NCBI GenBank assembly: GCA_038209015.1
Contig: JBBQYC010000003.1
Coordinates: forward strand, 1 to 36,830
Direction of reading: 5' to 3'
DNA length: 36,830 nucleotides
From: Candidatus Saccharimonadales bacterium
GTDB taxonomy: Bacteria > Patescibacteriota > Saccharimonadia > Saccharimonadales > JBBQYC01
The position numbers and the translations under genes are program-made. Numbering within the stretch: the first letter of the stretch is position 1; each line of letters opens with the position of its first letter. Shown one piece after another: positions 1-9,609 of this stretch. A model generated the notes under the pieces. That model was not told where the DNA came from. It searched no databases and saw only the letters and a list, made by a program, of their open reading frames with translations.

Positions 1-1
1 A

Positions 2-238
2 ACTCATCCTTCTGAAAATAAAGTGACTGTAGAAGGTATAAATGTTGTTAAGAAACACGTCAAACCAAATCGTGAATACCCACAAGGTGCCATAATTGAT
101 TTAACAAAACCAATATGGACGAGCAAGGTTGCAATTGTTGAACCAACTAGCAAAAAAGCCAGTAAGATCGGTTATTCCTTTGATAAAGACGGTAAAAAGA
201 CTCGTGTATTTAAGAGTAATGGAAAGGAGATTAAATAA
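2..238 (+). CDS. rplX: 50S ribosomal protein L24 (5'-truncated by window edge)
   Basis: VTVEGINVVKKHVKP...KIGY...GKKTRV L24 motifs; frame is open to the window start; precedes rplE. Confidence 0.95.
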   Translation, partial: THPSENKVTVEGINVVKKHVKPNREYPQGAIIDLTKPIWTSKVAIVEPTSKKASKIGYSFDKDGKKTRVFKSNGKEIK

Positions 239-828
239 TGGCTGATACTAAATCAAAGACGACAAAATCTGCTGATGTGTCACGTTTGAAATCTCTTTTT
301 GATACTACTTACGCTGCTGAACTTCAAAAAGAACTGAAGCTACCAAACCGACATACTGTTCCACGTCTAGAAAAAATAGTTGTGAATGTTGGTCTTGGCA
401 AAGCGAAAGATGATAAGAAAATTATCGAAGCTGCAGAGAATACACTTATCAAAATCACGGGCCAAAAACCTGTTGATACGTATGCTAAAAAATCAATCGC
501 AGGTTTTAAACTACGTGAGGGCAACAAGATTGGAATCAAAGTTACCCTGCGCGGTAAGCGAATGTATGAATTTATGGATAGACTGATAAATATAGTAATG
601 CCACGCTTGCGTGACTTCCACGGAGTGAGCAATAAGTCGTTTGACGGATCAGGTAATTACAGTATTGGATTCAGCGAACAATCTGTGTTTCCTGAACTAA
701 GTTTCGATGAAACAACAACCGTACATGGACTACAAATAAATTTCGTAGTAACCGCACAAGAATCAGAACACAGTAAGGCGCTATTAAGTAAATTTGGAAT
801 GCCGTTCCAAAAAGAGGAGAGGAACTAG
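238..828 (+). CDS. rplE: 50S ribosomal protein L5
   Basis: [31 protein letters not shown] motifs; spc operon order. Confidence 0.98.
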   Translation: MADTKSKTTKSADVSRLKSLFDTTYAAELQKELKLPNRHTVPRLEKIVVNVGLGKAKDDKKIIEAAENTLIKITGQKPVDTYAKKSIAGFKLREGNKIGIKVTLRGKRMYEFMDRLINIVMPRLRDFHGVSNKSFDGSGNYSIGFSEQSVFPELSFDETTTVHGLQINFVVTAQESEHSKALLSKFGMPFQKEERN

Positions 829-830
829 CC

Positions 831-1100
831 ATGGCTAAGAAATCTATAATTGCCCGTGATGCAAAACGGCAGAGAATGATACAGAAGTTCGCCGATAAAC
901 GAGCAGAGCTAAAGAAGATAGGCGACCGAGAAGGACTTCATTTGCTTCCTAAGAATTCTTCTCCTACAAGATGGAAGAATCGTTGTAAAGAAACCGGACG
1001 TCCACATGCATATATGCGCCAGTTCGGTTTAAGTCGTATCAGCTTCCGAGAACACGCCAGTAAAGGCGAAGTCCCCGGCATAACTAAGGCCAGTTGGTAG
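831..1100 (+). CDS. rpsN: 30S ribosomal protein S14 (89-aa, zinc-free type)
   Basis: MAKKS...[16 protein letters not shown]...[21 protein letters not shown]. Confidence 0.98.
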   Translation: MAKKSIIARDAKRQRMIQKFADKRAELKKIGDREGLHLLPKNSSPTRWKNRCKETGRPHAYMRQFGLSRISFREHASKGEVPGITKASW

Positions 1101-1111
1101 AAAGGAATACT

Positions 1112-1507
1112 ATGGTAAGCACAGATCCAATAGCAGATATGCTCACACGAATCCGAAACGCCATTGCAGTGCGCAAGTCGACTGTTACGCTGCCTCATTC
1201 CAAAATGAAGGAATCAATTGCGAACATCCTGAAAGAGCACAAGTATATAACTGGTGTAGAGGTTAGTAGTGACCGTATCGGTAAAATGATGACCCTAACG
1301 ATTAACGGCGAGCATGAAAATGCTCGAATAACCGAACTCTCGAGAATCAGTACGCCAGGTCGTCGTTCATATACATCTGCGGATAAGATCCCTCATGTTA
1401 AACAGGGCCGCGGTATTGTTATTATTTCTACCAGTCGCGGGCTGTTAACTGGCCGACAGGCACGTTCGCAGCGGGTTGGTGGTGAATTAATTTGTGAGGT
1501 CTACTAA
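1112..1507 (+). CDS. rpsH: 30S ribosomal protein S8
   Basis: TDPIADMLTRIRN, ISTPGRR, GGELICEVY; ATG at 1112 follows AAAGGA SD. Confidence 0.97.
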   Translation: MVSTDPIADMLTRIRNAIAVRKSTVTLPHSKMKESIANILKEHKYITGVEVSSDRIGKMMTLTINGEHENARITELSRISTPGRRSYTSADKIPHVKQGRGIVIISTSRGLLTGRQARSQRVGGELICEVY

Positions 1508-2046
1508 TGAGTCGTATAGGTAAACAACCCATTGATATTCCAAGCGGCGTCACCATCACTGTAGATGATAAGCTGGTTACTGTTAATGGTTCAAAAGGAT
1601 CTCTATCGCAACCAGTTCTTTCAGGTATGCTAATCAAACAAGAAGATCAACAACTTACGGTAAGTCGTGCTACTGATGAACAAGAACACCGTGCAAAACA
1701 TGGTCTACAGCGTACGCTCATTGCCAACATGGTAGAGGGCGTAAGCAAAGGATTCTCTAAGAAATTAGAAGTCAACGGAGTTGGTTATAGAATTAACCTT
1801 GCTGGAAGTGATCTTAAAATGGCATTAGGCTTCTCACATGAAGTGGTATATAACTTGCCTCAAGGAATACAGGCAACAGTAGAGCAAAATACTATAACAA
1901 TCTCTGGAATTGATAAGCAGCAGGTTGGGCAAGTAGCTGCAGAGATTCGCTCACTTAAGAAACCCGAACCGTATAAAGGCAAAGGTATAAAGTATGCTGA
2001 CGAACGAATCCTACGTAAGAGCGGTAAGTCAGGAAAAGAAAGCTAA
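1507..2046 (+). CDS. rplF: 50S ribosomal protein L6
   Basis: MSRIGKQPI, PEPYKGKGIKY. Confidence 0.98.
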   Translation: MSRIGKQPIDIPSGVTITVDDKLVTVNGSKGSLSQPVLSGMLIKQEDQQLTVSRATDEQEHRAKHGLQRTLIANMVEGVSKGFSKKLEVNGVGYRINLAGSDLKMALGFSHEVVYNLPQGIQATVEQNTITISGIDKQQVGQVAAEIRSLKKPEPYKGKGIKYADERILRKSGKSGKES

Positions 2047-2049
2047 ATT

Positions 2050-2406
2050 ATGAAACAGAACGATATGAAAACCAGTAAATTACTACGACGCAAGCACCGT
2101 ATTCGCGCTAAAGTTATCGGTAGTGAAGAACGGCCGCGCTTAAGCGTGCATGTAAGTAACCTGCATGTATCAGCTCAGATAATTGACGATAGCAAAGACA
2201 CTACATTAGCACATGCTTCAACGGTTGGTCAGAAGTCACTGGATGCTAACTTAACCAAGCGTGCAGAATGGGCAGGAGAAAAAATTGCCGAAGTCGCAAA
2301 GAAGGCAAAAATTAAGAAAGTTGTTTTTGATAGAAATGGTAAGCTGTACCACGGACGAGTCAAAGCATTCGCCGAAGCAGCCCGAAAAGCAGGATTGGAG
2401 CTATAA
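2050..2406 (+). CDS. rplR: 50S ribosomal protein L18
   Basis: RPRLSV, AQIIDD, VVFDRNG.LYHGRVKAFAEAAR. Confidence 0.98.
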   Translation: MKQNDMKTSKLLRRKHRIRAKVIGSEERPRLSVHVSNLHVSAQIIDDSKDTTLAHASTVGQKSLDANLTKRAEWAGEKIAEVAKKAKIKKVVFDRNGKLYHGRVKAFAEAARKAGLEL

Positions 2407-2948
2407 TGGATCGATCACGACGACCGGGGCCAAAGATGCCTCAAGAAGAAAAACAGTTCGAAGAACGCGTTATCAATATTGACCGTGTGGCTCGTGTTGT
2501 ACAAGGTGGACGCCGTTTTAGATTCCGAGCACTCGTAGTTTTAGGCGATGGCAAAGGAAAAGTCGGCATGGGTATTGCTAAAGGTGCAGATGTAACGACA
2601 GCAGTAACAAAAGCCGTTGACGTCGCTAAGAAGAATATTCTTGATGTGACAATCGTAAACGATACAATCCCGCATGATGCCCAGGCTAAAGTTGGTGGTG
2701 CTAACATTCTTATAAAGCCAGCGGCACCAGGTACCGGTTTGATCGCGGGCGGTGTAGTCCGTACCGTTCTAGAAGTAGCCGGAGTACACAATGTTTTGTC
2801 CAAATCTATTGGTTCTAACAATAAGATAAATCAAACCTACGCTACCATTGAAGCTTTACAGCAGCTTGTACATCCAGATAAGTGGCACACCGCTTTCTTA
2901 CAAAAAACCAAGGATAAAAAAACAGCTCCAAAGGCGGAGGCTAAGTAA
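2406..2948 (+). CDS. rpsE: 30S ribosomal protein S5
   Basis: [34 protein letters not shown]. Confidence 0.98.
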   Translation: MDRSRRPGPKMPQEEKQFEERVINIDRVARVVQGGRRFRFRALVVLGDGKGKVGMGIAKGADVTTAVTKAVDVAKKNILDVTIVNDTIPHDAQAKVGGANILIKPAAPGTGLIAGGVVRTVLEVAGVHNVLSKSIGSNNKINQTYATIEALQQLVHPDKWHTAFLQKTKDKKTAPKAEAK

Positions 2949-3418
2949 TGAAATTCAACGAACTTACAATAAAATCTCATAAACCTCGTCGGCGCGCTGG
3001 ACGTGGAATATCCGCTGGACTAGGTAAGACTGCTGGACGGGGTACAAAAGGCCAAAAAGCACGTACAGGTAACGGACGACGACCTGGGTTTGAAGGTGGT
3101 CAAAACCCGCTCATGAAGCGTTTGCCTAAACTACGTGGCTTTACCAGCAAAAGGACTCCAAAAGAAGTAATATACACGGGACAGCTGGCCGCAATTGGTG
3201 CAACCATTGATAACTTTGCACTCTACAATGCTGGACTTGTTAGTTCACCGTATGCAAGTGTAAAACTTATAAGCAAAGGTGAAATAACAAAAAAACATTC
3301 AGTATCACTGCAAGCTGCCAGCGCTAATGCAATTGCGTTATTGCAAGCTAAAGACGGGACATTCAAAGCCATAGACCGCTTGAAGCAGTCTCCAAAAACC
3401 ACTGACAAAAAAGACTAA
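2948..3418 (+). CDS. rplO: 50S ribosomal protein L15
   Basis: [37 protein letters not shown]; directly follows rpsE with no rpmD. Confidence 0.98.
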   Translation: MKFNELTIKSHKPRRRAGRGISAGLGKTAGRGTKGQKARTGNGRRPGFEGGQNPLMKRLPKLRGFTSKRTPKEVIYTGQLAAIGATIDNFALYNAGLVSSPYASVKLISKGEITKKHSVSLQAASANAIALLQAKDGTFKAIDRLKQSPKTTDKKD

Positions 3419-3429
3419 ACTGTTATACT
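3402..3429 (+). promoter_or_regulatory. Putative internal sigma70 promoter for secY
   Basis: CTGACA-16 nt-TATACT with TGn extended -10. Confidence 0.45.
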
Positions 3430-3539
3430 AGATACCAATAGATCAAAAGAGGGTGTAATGATTTTTCTTGAAAAGAAGTGCATGACGAGTAATACAATGC
3501 AACAAAATGCTCAGATAAACTTAGGAAAGGTATAAGCAT

Positions 3540-5036
3540 ATGAGCTGGAAAGTTATTTGGCAATCCCTAAAAAGTCCTGATATGCGAAAACGACTTCTTG
3601 CCGTACTCGGTATGTTACTCGTGTTTCGTGTGCTTGCTCATATTCCTATACCTTTGAGTGATCCCGAAACTCTACAGCAAGTACTCCGGAACTTATTCAC
3701 AACATCGCAAAACTCTCAATTACTTAGTTTCATTGATGTTCTTTCAGGTGGTGCCTTAGCGAATTTTTCAATTATGCTCGTAGGTCTTGGGCCATATATT
3801 AATGCTTCTATTATTATGCAATTGATGACCAAAGCTCTACCGAAGTTGGAAGAACTTCAAAAAGAAGGCGAATATGGTCGCAAAAAAATAAATCAATACA
3901 CTCGTATACTCGCGTTTCCGCTTGCTATCATTCAGTCGGTGGGAGCGATTTACTTAGTGAGACAAACCGCACAGCAAATAGGTGGTATTGGCGATATAAC
4001 AGCCAATGCTTCGATGGGTCAATGGGTGCTTATGGTAGCCGCGCTAACAGGTGGTGCAATGCTTCTGATGTGGCTTGGAGAATTAATTACTGAACAGAGT
4101 GTAGGGAATGGTATCTCTCTGCTTATAACAATCGGTATTGTCAGTACGCTGCCTTCAACAGTCGGATCAATTTTAACCTCAATAGTTGACGACAGTGCAA
4201 AGTTTAATATTCTTGGTTTCGAACTGCCTATCAACACTGAATCATTAACATATGGAGCGATCATAGCCGCTATTACCATTATAGTTACAATCCTTGTGGT
4301 TAAGCTTAATGAAGCGTCGCGAAATTTAACCATCAATTATGCCAAACGCGTACAGGGCAATAGGGCATATGGAGGGGTAACAACCAAATTACCGGTCAAA
4401 CTCATAACTGCCGGAGTTATACCAATTATCTTCGCTGTCGCCTTCTTGAGTGTACCTAGCTTTGCTGGGCAGATAATGACTGGGTCTTCCAATGCACAAT
4501 GGCAAGAGTTGGGTGCAAAGCTTGTCATATGGTTCCAGCCACCAACAAGTGAGGCGCTGCAATCTGATTTGAATGCATTTATATATCCGGCAGCATATTT
4601 CTTCCTAGTGTTTGTATTTACTTTTTTCTATACGGGTATAACCTTCAACTCAAAGGAGATTGCAGAAAACTTACAGAAACAAGGAGGCTTCTTGTCTGAT
4701 ATTCGCAGCGGACAGCAAACCGAGAAGTATTTAGGCAAGGTTGTGAACCGATTGACACTATTCGGGGCTATCAGCTTAGGCTTGCTCGCGGTATTTCCAA
4801 TCATTGCCCAGTACTTTTTAAATACGAATTTAGCCATCGGTGGTACTAGTATTTTGATTTTGGTTGCCGTAGCGCTAGAGACTCTCCGTTCTATTGAGTC
4901 ACGAGCATTAATGGTCACATACGACCAGTATGAACAGCCAGATTTCTTCTATGATAGTTCCGAGCCAGCACAAGCTGCTACCGGCGGTAGAAAACTAAGA
5001 TTTAGACTTCCAGGACGACGCAATAAAAAATCCTAA
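3540..5036 (+). CDS. secY: Preprotein translocase subunit SecY
   Basis: GLGPYINASIIMQL, WLGELITE..VGNGISLLI, AGVIPIIFA, IGGTSILILV; multiple hydrophobic TM segments. Confidence 0.98.
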   Translation: MSWKVIWQSLKSPDMRKRLLAVLGMLLVFRVLAHIPIPLSDPETLQQVLRNLFTTSQNSQLLSFIDVLSGGALANFSIMLVGLGPYINASIIMQLMTKALPKLEELQKEGEYGRKKINQYTRILAFPLAIIQSVGAIYLVRQTAQQIGGIGDITANASMGQWVLMVAALTGGAMLLMWLGELITEQSVGNGISLLITIGIVSTLPSTVGSILTSIVDDSAKFNILGFELPINTESLTYGAIIAAITIIVTILVVKLNEASRNLTINYAKRVQGNRAYGGVTTKLPVKLITAGVIPIIFAVAFLSVPSFAGQIMTGSSNAQWQELGAKLVIWFQPPTSEALQSDLNAFIYPAAYFFLVFVFTFFYTGITFNSKEIAENLQKQGGFLSDIRSGQQTEKYLGKVVNRLTLFGAISLGLLAVFPIIAQYFLNTNLAIGGTSILILVAVALETLRSIESRALMVTYDQYEQPDFFYDSSEPAQAATGGRKLRFRLPGRRNKKS

Positions 5037-5092
5037 AAAAAGTCTTTGTCTTTTAGTATCTGTCTGGTATAATCAACCTCTGTTATATTTGT

Positions 5093-5308
5093 ATGGCAAA
5101 TAAGGAAGTTATCGAACTGCAAGGAACAGTTGTTGAGGCATTGCCTGGAACACAGTTCAAGGTCGAGCTTGAAAATGGCCATCAAATTATAGCTCACGTC
5201 GCAGGGAAAATGAGGAAGCATTATATCCGACTTGTACCTGGAGACGGCGTTACGGTTGAGTTGACCCCTTACGATCTTACGAAGGGCAGAATCACGTACC
5301 GCAAGTAA
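5093..5308 (+). CDS. infA: Translation initiation factor IF-1
   Basis: [40 protein letters not shown]; upstream TATAAT at about 5068. Confidence 0.98.
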   Translation: MANKEVIELQGTVVEALPGTQFKVELENGHQIIAHVAGKMRKHYIRLVPGDGVTVELTPYDLTKGRITYRK

Positions 5309-5358
5309 TACTATATAAGGCAGTGTGTCGCCCCTAAACACATAAGGAGACGATCCGC

Positions 5359-5475
5359 ATGAAAGTGCGTGCAAGTGTAAAAAAGATGAGCCCCGACGAC
5401 AAAATTGTTCGTCGTAAAGGCCGTGTTTACGTTATAAACAAATTCAAACCTAAGCATAAGCAGAGGCAAGGTTAA
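5359..5475 (+). CDS. rpmJ: 50S ribosomal protein L36 (cysteine-free)
   Basis: Not in ORF track; translated by hand as [38 protein letters not shown]; SD AAGGAG upstream; stop overlaps rpsM start. Confidence 0.97.
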   Translation: MKVRASVKKMSPDDKIVRRKGRVYVINKFKPKHKQRQG

Positions 5476-5861
5476 TGGCGCGTATATCAGGTGTTACTAT
5501 CCCAAGTGAAAAGCAAGTTCACGTTGCATTGACGTATGTCTATGGCATAGGACCAAAATCAAGCAATGATATTTTATCGATCGCTGAGGTGGATGGTACA
5601 ACTCGCGTTAAGGACTTAACAGAGTCTGAAATTTCAAAAATTCAAGACACCATTAATGATAAGTTTCTTGTTGAAGGTGAATTACAAAGAGTCGTTTCAG
5701 GTAACATCAAACGTCTTCGTGATATTAAGTCTTACCGAGGCGAACGACATGCAAAGAGACTTCCAAGCCGAGGCCAGCGTACACGTACAAATGGTCGAAC
5801 TCGACGCGGTAAACGTGTGGCAGTTGGCGGCGCGCAACCTAAATCAGCAACAAAGACGTAG
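5475..5861 (+). CDS. rpsM: 30S ribosomal protein S13
   Basis: MARISGV, LTYVYGIG, YRG.RH..LPSRGQRTRTN. Confidence 0.98.
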   Translation: MARISGVTIPSEKQVHVALTYVYGIGPKSSNDILSIAEVDGTTRVKDLTESEISKIQDTINDKFLVEGELQRVVSGNIKRLRDIKSYRGERHAKRLPSRGQRTRTNGRTRRGKRVAVGGAQPKSATKT

Positions 5862-5871
5862 GAATTGATAT

Positions 5872-6294
5872 ATGAGTACTAAAGATACAACTACCCCTGC
5901 TGAAGTTAAAAAATCAGCACCAAAGCGTAAAAAGAGCAAGCGCCAAGTTCCGACTGGACATATGCACGTATACGCTAGTTTTAATAACACGATAATTACA
6001 TTTACCGATCCTAAGGGCGGCGCATTAACTGCATCAAGTGCCGGCGCATGTGGATTCCGGGGAAGTAAAAAAGGCACAGCGTACGCAGCTCAAGTTGCAG
6101 TAGAAAAAGCTGGCACAGCTGCAAAACAATCGTATGGACTTAATAAAGTTGACGTATTTGTTAAAGGAATCGGACTTGGACGTGATGCAGCCATTCGTAC
6201 ACTTCAAAATCTGGATATTTTCGTAAGTAGTTTGACAGACGTAACAGGCGTTCCACACGGTGGCGTGCGTCCTAAGAAAGCTAGAAGGGTCTAA
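5872..6294 (+). CDS. rpsK: 30S ribosomal protein S11
   Basis: ASFNNTIITFTD, GFRGSKKGTAYAAQ, DVTGVPHGG. Confidence 0.98.
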   Translation: MSTKDTTTPAEVKKSAPKRKKSKRQVPTGHMHVYASFNNTIITFTDPKGGALTASSAGACGFRGSKKGTAYAAQVAVEKAGTAAKQSYGLNKVDVFVKGIGLGRDAAIRTLQNLDIFVSSLTDVTGVPHGGVRPKKARRV

Positions 6295-6296
6295 CC

Positions 6297-6917
6297 ATGG
6301 CACGAGATAGACAATCTATAGTTAAAATGAGTCGACGTGAAGGCTACGCACTTCATCCTAAAGCTCACAAAGCACTTGTAAAGCGCACAGCTCTACCTGG
6401 TCAATTGAATACTGGTGGCGGGCGACGTAATAAACCAAGTCAGTACTCGATTCAGCTTCGTGAGAAGCAAAAAGTGAAGCGTTTATACGGACTTCTCGAA
6501 CGTCAGTTCCGTAAACTTATGACAGAAGCCTCAGCCGCTAAGGGTCAGTCAGGCGTAAAATTACTTGAATACCTCGAACGTCGCATGGACAACGCTGTTT
6601 ATCGTGCCGGTTTGGCGCCATCTCGCCGTGCAGCACGACAATTGGTTGGTCATGGGCATTTTATGCTAAATGGCAGGCGAGTGGATGTACCGTCTATACG
6701 TCTTTCAGCTGGAGATTCATTAGAAGTTCGACCAAAAAGCACTGAATCCGGTTATTTCAAGCAGCTCGACGACGTAAGTCCTCAACCAGCTGATACACCT
6801 GCCTGGATGAAGGTTGACCGTAAGAAACTGAAGATCGATATTTCGGGCGTACCAGCGCGCGAAGATGTTGAACCAGACATAAATGAACAATTAATCGTAG
6901 AGTATTACTCACGCTAA
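6297..6917 (+). CDS. rpsD: 30S ribosomal protein S4
   Basis: QLREKQKVKRLYG, LERRMDNAVYR, ARQLVGHGH, IVEYYSR. Confidence 0.98.
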   Translation: MARDRQSIVKMSRREGYALHPKAHKALVKRTALPGQLNTGGGRRNKPSQYSIQLREKQKVKRLYGLLERQFRKLMTEASAAKGQSGVKLLEYLERRMDNAVYRAGLAPSRRAARQLVGHGHFMLNGRRVDVPSIRLSAGDSLEVRPKSTESGYFKQLDDVSPQPADTPAWMKVDRKKLKIDISGVPAREDVEPDINEQLIVEYYSR

Positions 6918-6936
6918 CAAGGAGGCGGAAATAATT

Positions 6937-7875
6937 ATGTCAAAACACATTCACACACCAGGAGTTGTAAGGGTAGATGATCACAGCGATATAAGCGCTA
7001 CTTTTACAATCGAGCCTCTGCACACTGGCTACGGCATGACATTAGGCAACAGCCTTCGGCGTGTTCTGCTTTCAAGCATTTCAGGTGCCGCGGTTACTTC
7101 ATTTAAGATCGAAGGTGCATCACACGAATTTACTACCGTAAAAGGTGTTAAAGAAGATGTTGTCGAGATTATGATGAATCTTAAAGGAATACGATTCAAA
7201 GTATTCGGTGAAGAAATACAACAGCTACGTATTGAAAAATCAAGCAAAGGCAAAATTACTGCTAAAGATATTACAACTAATGCTGATGTAGAAGTTGTAA
7301 ACCCTGACCATGTTATTGCGACACTAGATGATGATAAATCAAAAGTTGTTATTGATTTGATCGTAGAGGTAGGTCGCGGCTATCGTACAATTGATGAAGG
7401 TGCTGCAAGCAAACCAAGTGATATGATTGCTCTTGACGCCATCTTTAGCCCAGTTGTTCGTGTTCGATACAAAGTAGAAAATACCCGTGTCGGACAAGTA
7501 ACCAATCTTGATAAACTGCTTTTGACAGTTGAGACTGACAATACAATTACACCGCGTGATGCGTTTGAAGAAGCTGCAGCCATACTCGTTAATCAGTACA
7601 TGGCACTTGCGGGTCAAACCCGTGTTGAACAAGCTGAGCCTCTAGTGGCAAGCTCGGAGGCTGCTGAAAAAGAAGCCGACGAACCAGCTGAACTCATGAC
7701 ACCAATCGAAGAATTAAACTTTACTGCACGTACTACTAATGCGCTTATCAATAACGATATTCACACGTTAAAAGATTTGTTTAGTTTAAGTGATATTGAG
7801 TTGAAAGAACTCAAAGGGTTTGGCAGCAAAGCTTTGGATGAAGTCAAAGAAAAAATGGCGGAGATGGAGCTTTAA
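6937..7875 (+). CDS. rpoA: RNA polymerase alpha subunit
   Basis: EPLHTGYGMTLGNSLRRVLLSS, HEF...GVKEDV, DAIFSPV, alpha-CTD. Confidence 0.98.
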   Translation: MSKHIHTPGVVRVDDHSDISATFTIEPLHTGYGMTLGNSLRRVLLSSISGAAVTSFKIEGASHEFTTVKGVKEDVVEIMMNLKGIRFKVFGEEIQQLRIEKSSKGKITAKDITTNADVEVVNPDHVIATLDDDKSKVVIDLIVEVGRGYRTIDEGAASKPSDMIALDAIFSPVVRVRYKVENTRVGQVTNLDKLLLTVETDNTITPRDAFEEAAAILVNQYMALAGQTRVEQAEPLVASSEAAEKEADEPAELMTPIEELNFTARTTNALINNDIHTLKDLFSLSDIELKELKGFGSKALDEVKEKMAEMEL

Positions 7876-7877
7876 TA

Positions 7878-8300
7878 ATGCATCGCCACGGATATAAAGG
7901 TCGAAAATTTCACCGAGAAACGGATCAACGCCGGGCCTTGCTTAAAGGTCTCGCTGATTCACTGATAAAGTATGAATCAATTGAAACAACTCTACCTAAG
8001 GCAAAGGAAATCGTTCCTTATGTAGAAAAATTGATCACGAAGGCTAAAAAGGGTGACCTGCACAGTCGTCGACAAATAATTTCAGAACTTCAGACTATTG
8101 AATCTGCTCACAAGTTAGTTGATCAATTAGCGCCAAAGATGAAGGGTCGAAATAGCGGCCACCTGCGAATTGAAAAGACTACCTCACGACGCGGTGATAA
8201 CGCTGAACTCGCTCGTGTTTCTTTTGTGGATGACTTAAAAGAAGCACCGGTTGCTGCATCAGTTGCCACACCTAAGGCTACAACCAAGGAGAAGAAATAA
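7878..8300 (+). CDS. rplQ: 50S ribosomal protein L17
   Basis: MHRH, IETTLPKAKE...VEKLITKAK, RRGDNAE. Confidence 0.98.
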   Translation: MHRHGYKGRKFHRETDQRRALLKGLADSLIKYESIETTLPKAKEIVPYVEKLITKAKKGDLHSRRQIISELQTIESAHKLVDQLAPKMKGRNSGHLRIEKTTSRRGDNAELARVSFVDDLKEAPVAASVATPKATTKEKK

Positions 8301-8303
8301 TGA

Positions 8304-8383
8304 ATCACGTTAGAGATAATCGAGTTTTTGATATTCAACGTGAAAAAGACGCATTGCGTCAGAAGGGGAATTTCTAACGTGAT
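8304..8383 (+). repeat. 14-bp inverted repeat enclosing an ~80-bp insert at the rplM start
   Basis: ATCACGTTAGAGAT (8304-8317) pairs with ATTTCTAACGTGAT (8370-8383) with one G-U; flanked by ATGAA direct repeats; inner GACGC-ATT-GCGTC hairpin. Confidence 0.75.
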
Positions 8384-8813
8384 GAAAACCTATAGCGCTA
8401 AACCAACTGATGTTGTACGTAAATGGTACGTACTCGATGCTGCAGAAATACCGCTTGGAAGACTCGCAAGTAATGCCGCTCAAATGCTTATGGGCAAGCA
8501 AAAGCCGATGTTCACTCATCACATCGACGTAGGTGATTTCGTCATAGTAATTAACGCTGACAACTTAAAAGTCACTGGCGATAAACAACTTAAAAAAACC
8601 TACTACCGACATACGGGATACCCTGGCGGTATTAAAGATACTAAACTGCAAGATATGGATAACCTCAAGGTGATTCATAAGGCTATCCGTGGGATGATAC
8701 CTGCTAATAAGCTCCGAGACGAACGACTGAAGCGTCTTAAAATCTATCTTGATGACCAGCATAAGCACGAAGCACAGAAACCTCAGAAGATAACACTTAA
8801 GGACAAAGCATAA
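8382..8813 (+). CDS. rplM: 50S ribosomal protein L13
   Basis: MKTYSAKP..VVRKWYVLDA...LGRLAS, HTGYPGG; canonical start is ATG 8382, not TTG 8328. Confidence 0.97.
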   Translation: MKTYSAKPTDVVRKWYVLDAAEIPLGRLASNAAQMLMGKQKPMFTHHIDVGDFVIVINADNLKVTGDKQLKKTYYRHTGYPGGIKDTKLQDMDNLKVIHKAIRGMIPANKLRDERLKRLKIYLDDQHKHEAQKPQKITLKDKA

Positions 8814-9211
8814 TGGCAGATAAACACTATCACTACGCAATTGGACGTCGCAAAAGCGCAACAGCTCGCATCCGTCTTACTACAGGTAAGGGCGATATAA
8901 CTATCAATACTAAGCCTGCAGCAGAATACTTTGCTGATGCAAAATCGCTATTACATGATTTACAGGAGCCATTCAGAGTACTTGAAATTGAAAACAAATA
9001 CGATGTATCTGTACTTGTATCTGGCGGAGGCCACAATGGTCAAGCAGAAGCTATTAAACTTGGAATAGCTAAATCACTAGCTATTATGAACGAAGAGCTC
9101 AAGCCAACACTACGTCGTGCTGATCTTCTAGGCCGTGATCCACGTGAGAAAGAACGTAAGAAATTCGGTCTTAAAGGTGCACGTAAGCAGCGTCAGTTCA
9201 CAAAACGCTAA
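8813..9211 (+). CDS. rpsI: 30S ribosomal protein S9
   Basis: GRRKSATAR, GGGHNGQAEAI, RDPREKERKKFGLKGARKQRQFTKR. Confidence 0.98.
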   Translation: MADKHYHYAIGRRKSATARIRLTTGKGDITINTKPAAEYFADAKSLLHDLQEPFRVLEIENKYDVSVLVSGGGHNGQAEAIKLGIAKSLAIMNEELKPTLRRADLLGRDPREKERKKFGLKGARKQRQFTKR

Positions 9212-9243
9212 TACGGTCACACTAACAATTATTTGAAAAACAT

Positions 9244-9398
9244 TTGCGTATATCAAAATATATAGTATTATTTGTTCATGCATAAACTCGTACAGATGAA
9301 TGCTTATTGGTTTACCGACACTCAAGTGGCGGTTTGTTCTGTGCGTTTATAGAATACTGAGAACTTATTGAAGAAACCGCCACGATAGGCGGTTTTTT
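9244..9398 (+). promoter_or_regulatory. Promoter, leader peptide and attenuator upstream of the orphan ORF and trpS
   Basis: TTGCGT-16-TATTAT; uORF 9278-9352 MHKLVQMNAYWFTDTQVAVCSVRL; antiterminator GTGGCGGTTT 9326-35 pairs with AAACCGCCAC 9374-83; terminator at 9374-9398. Confidence 0.65.
9374..9398 (+). terminator. Intrinsic terminator
   Basis: AAACCGCC-ACGATA-GGCGGTTTTTT. Confidence 0.85.
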
Positions 9399-9417
9399 AT
9401 TTAAATAAGGAGAATTT

Positions 9418-9609
9418 ATGAATGAAGTACATATGACAGTAGTTACCGAAGCTCGCGAACTTGTTGAGTCATTCGGTACGGTTACAGTTGAGAATATTGA
9501 CGAAATAAGACGACAGCTGGTAGTAAATGGCTACGCTACGTCCTTTAAGTTCGCACACGAATGTATTATCCTACCGCTAAGAGAGCTAATAGATGTGGAT
9601 GAGGTATAA
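9418..9609 (+). CDS. Hypothetical protein (63 aa)
   Basis: Strong SD TAAGGAG; stop overlaps trpS start (TAATG); no recognisable family. Confidence 0.7.
   Translation: MNEVHMTVVTEARELVESFGTVTVENIDEIRRQLVVNGYATSFKFAHECIILPLRELIDVDEV

Noticed and set aside
2940-5092. Absence of rpmD (L30) and adk/map from the spc operon
   Set aside because: L30 loss is established for CPR and adk/map relocation is common; used only as a taxonomic clue
324-9325. Many antisense or alternate-frame ORFs over ribosomal protein genes (also 35743-36732)
   Set aside because: Shadows of highly conserved genes with no independent signals
9272-9400. T-box riboswitch upstream of trpS
   Set aside because: No GGTGGNACC T-box sequence or Stem I is visible; a uORF attenuator fits better
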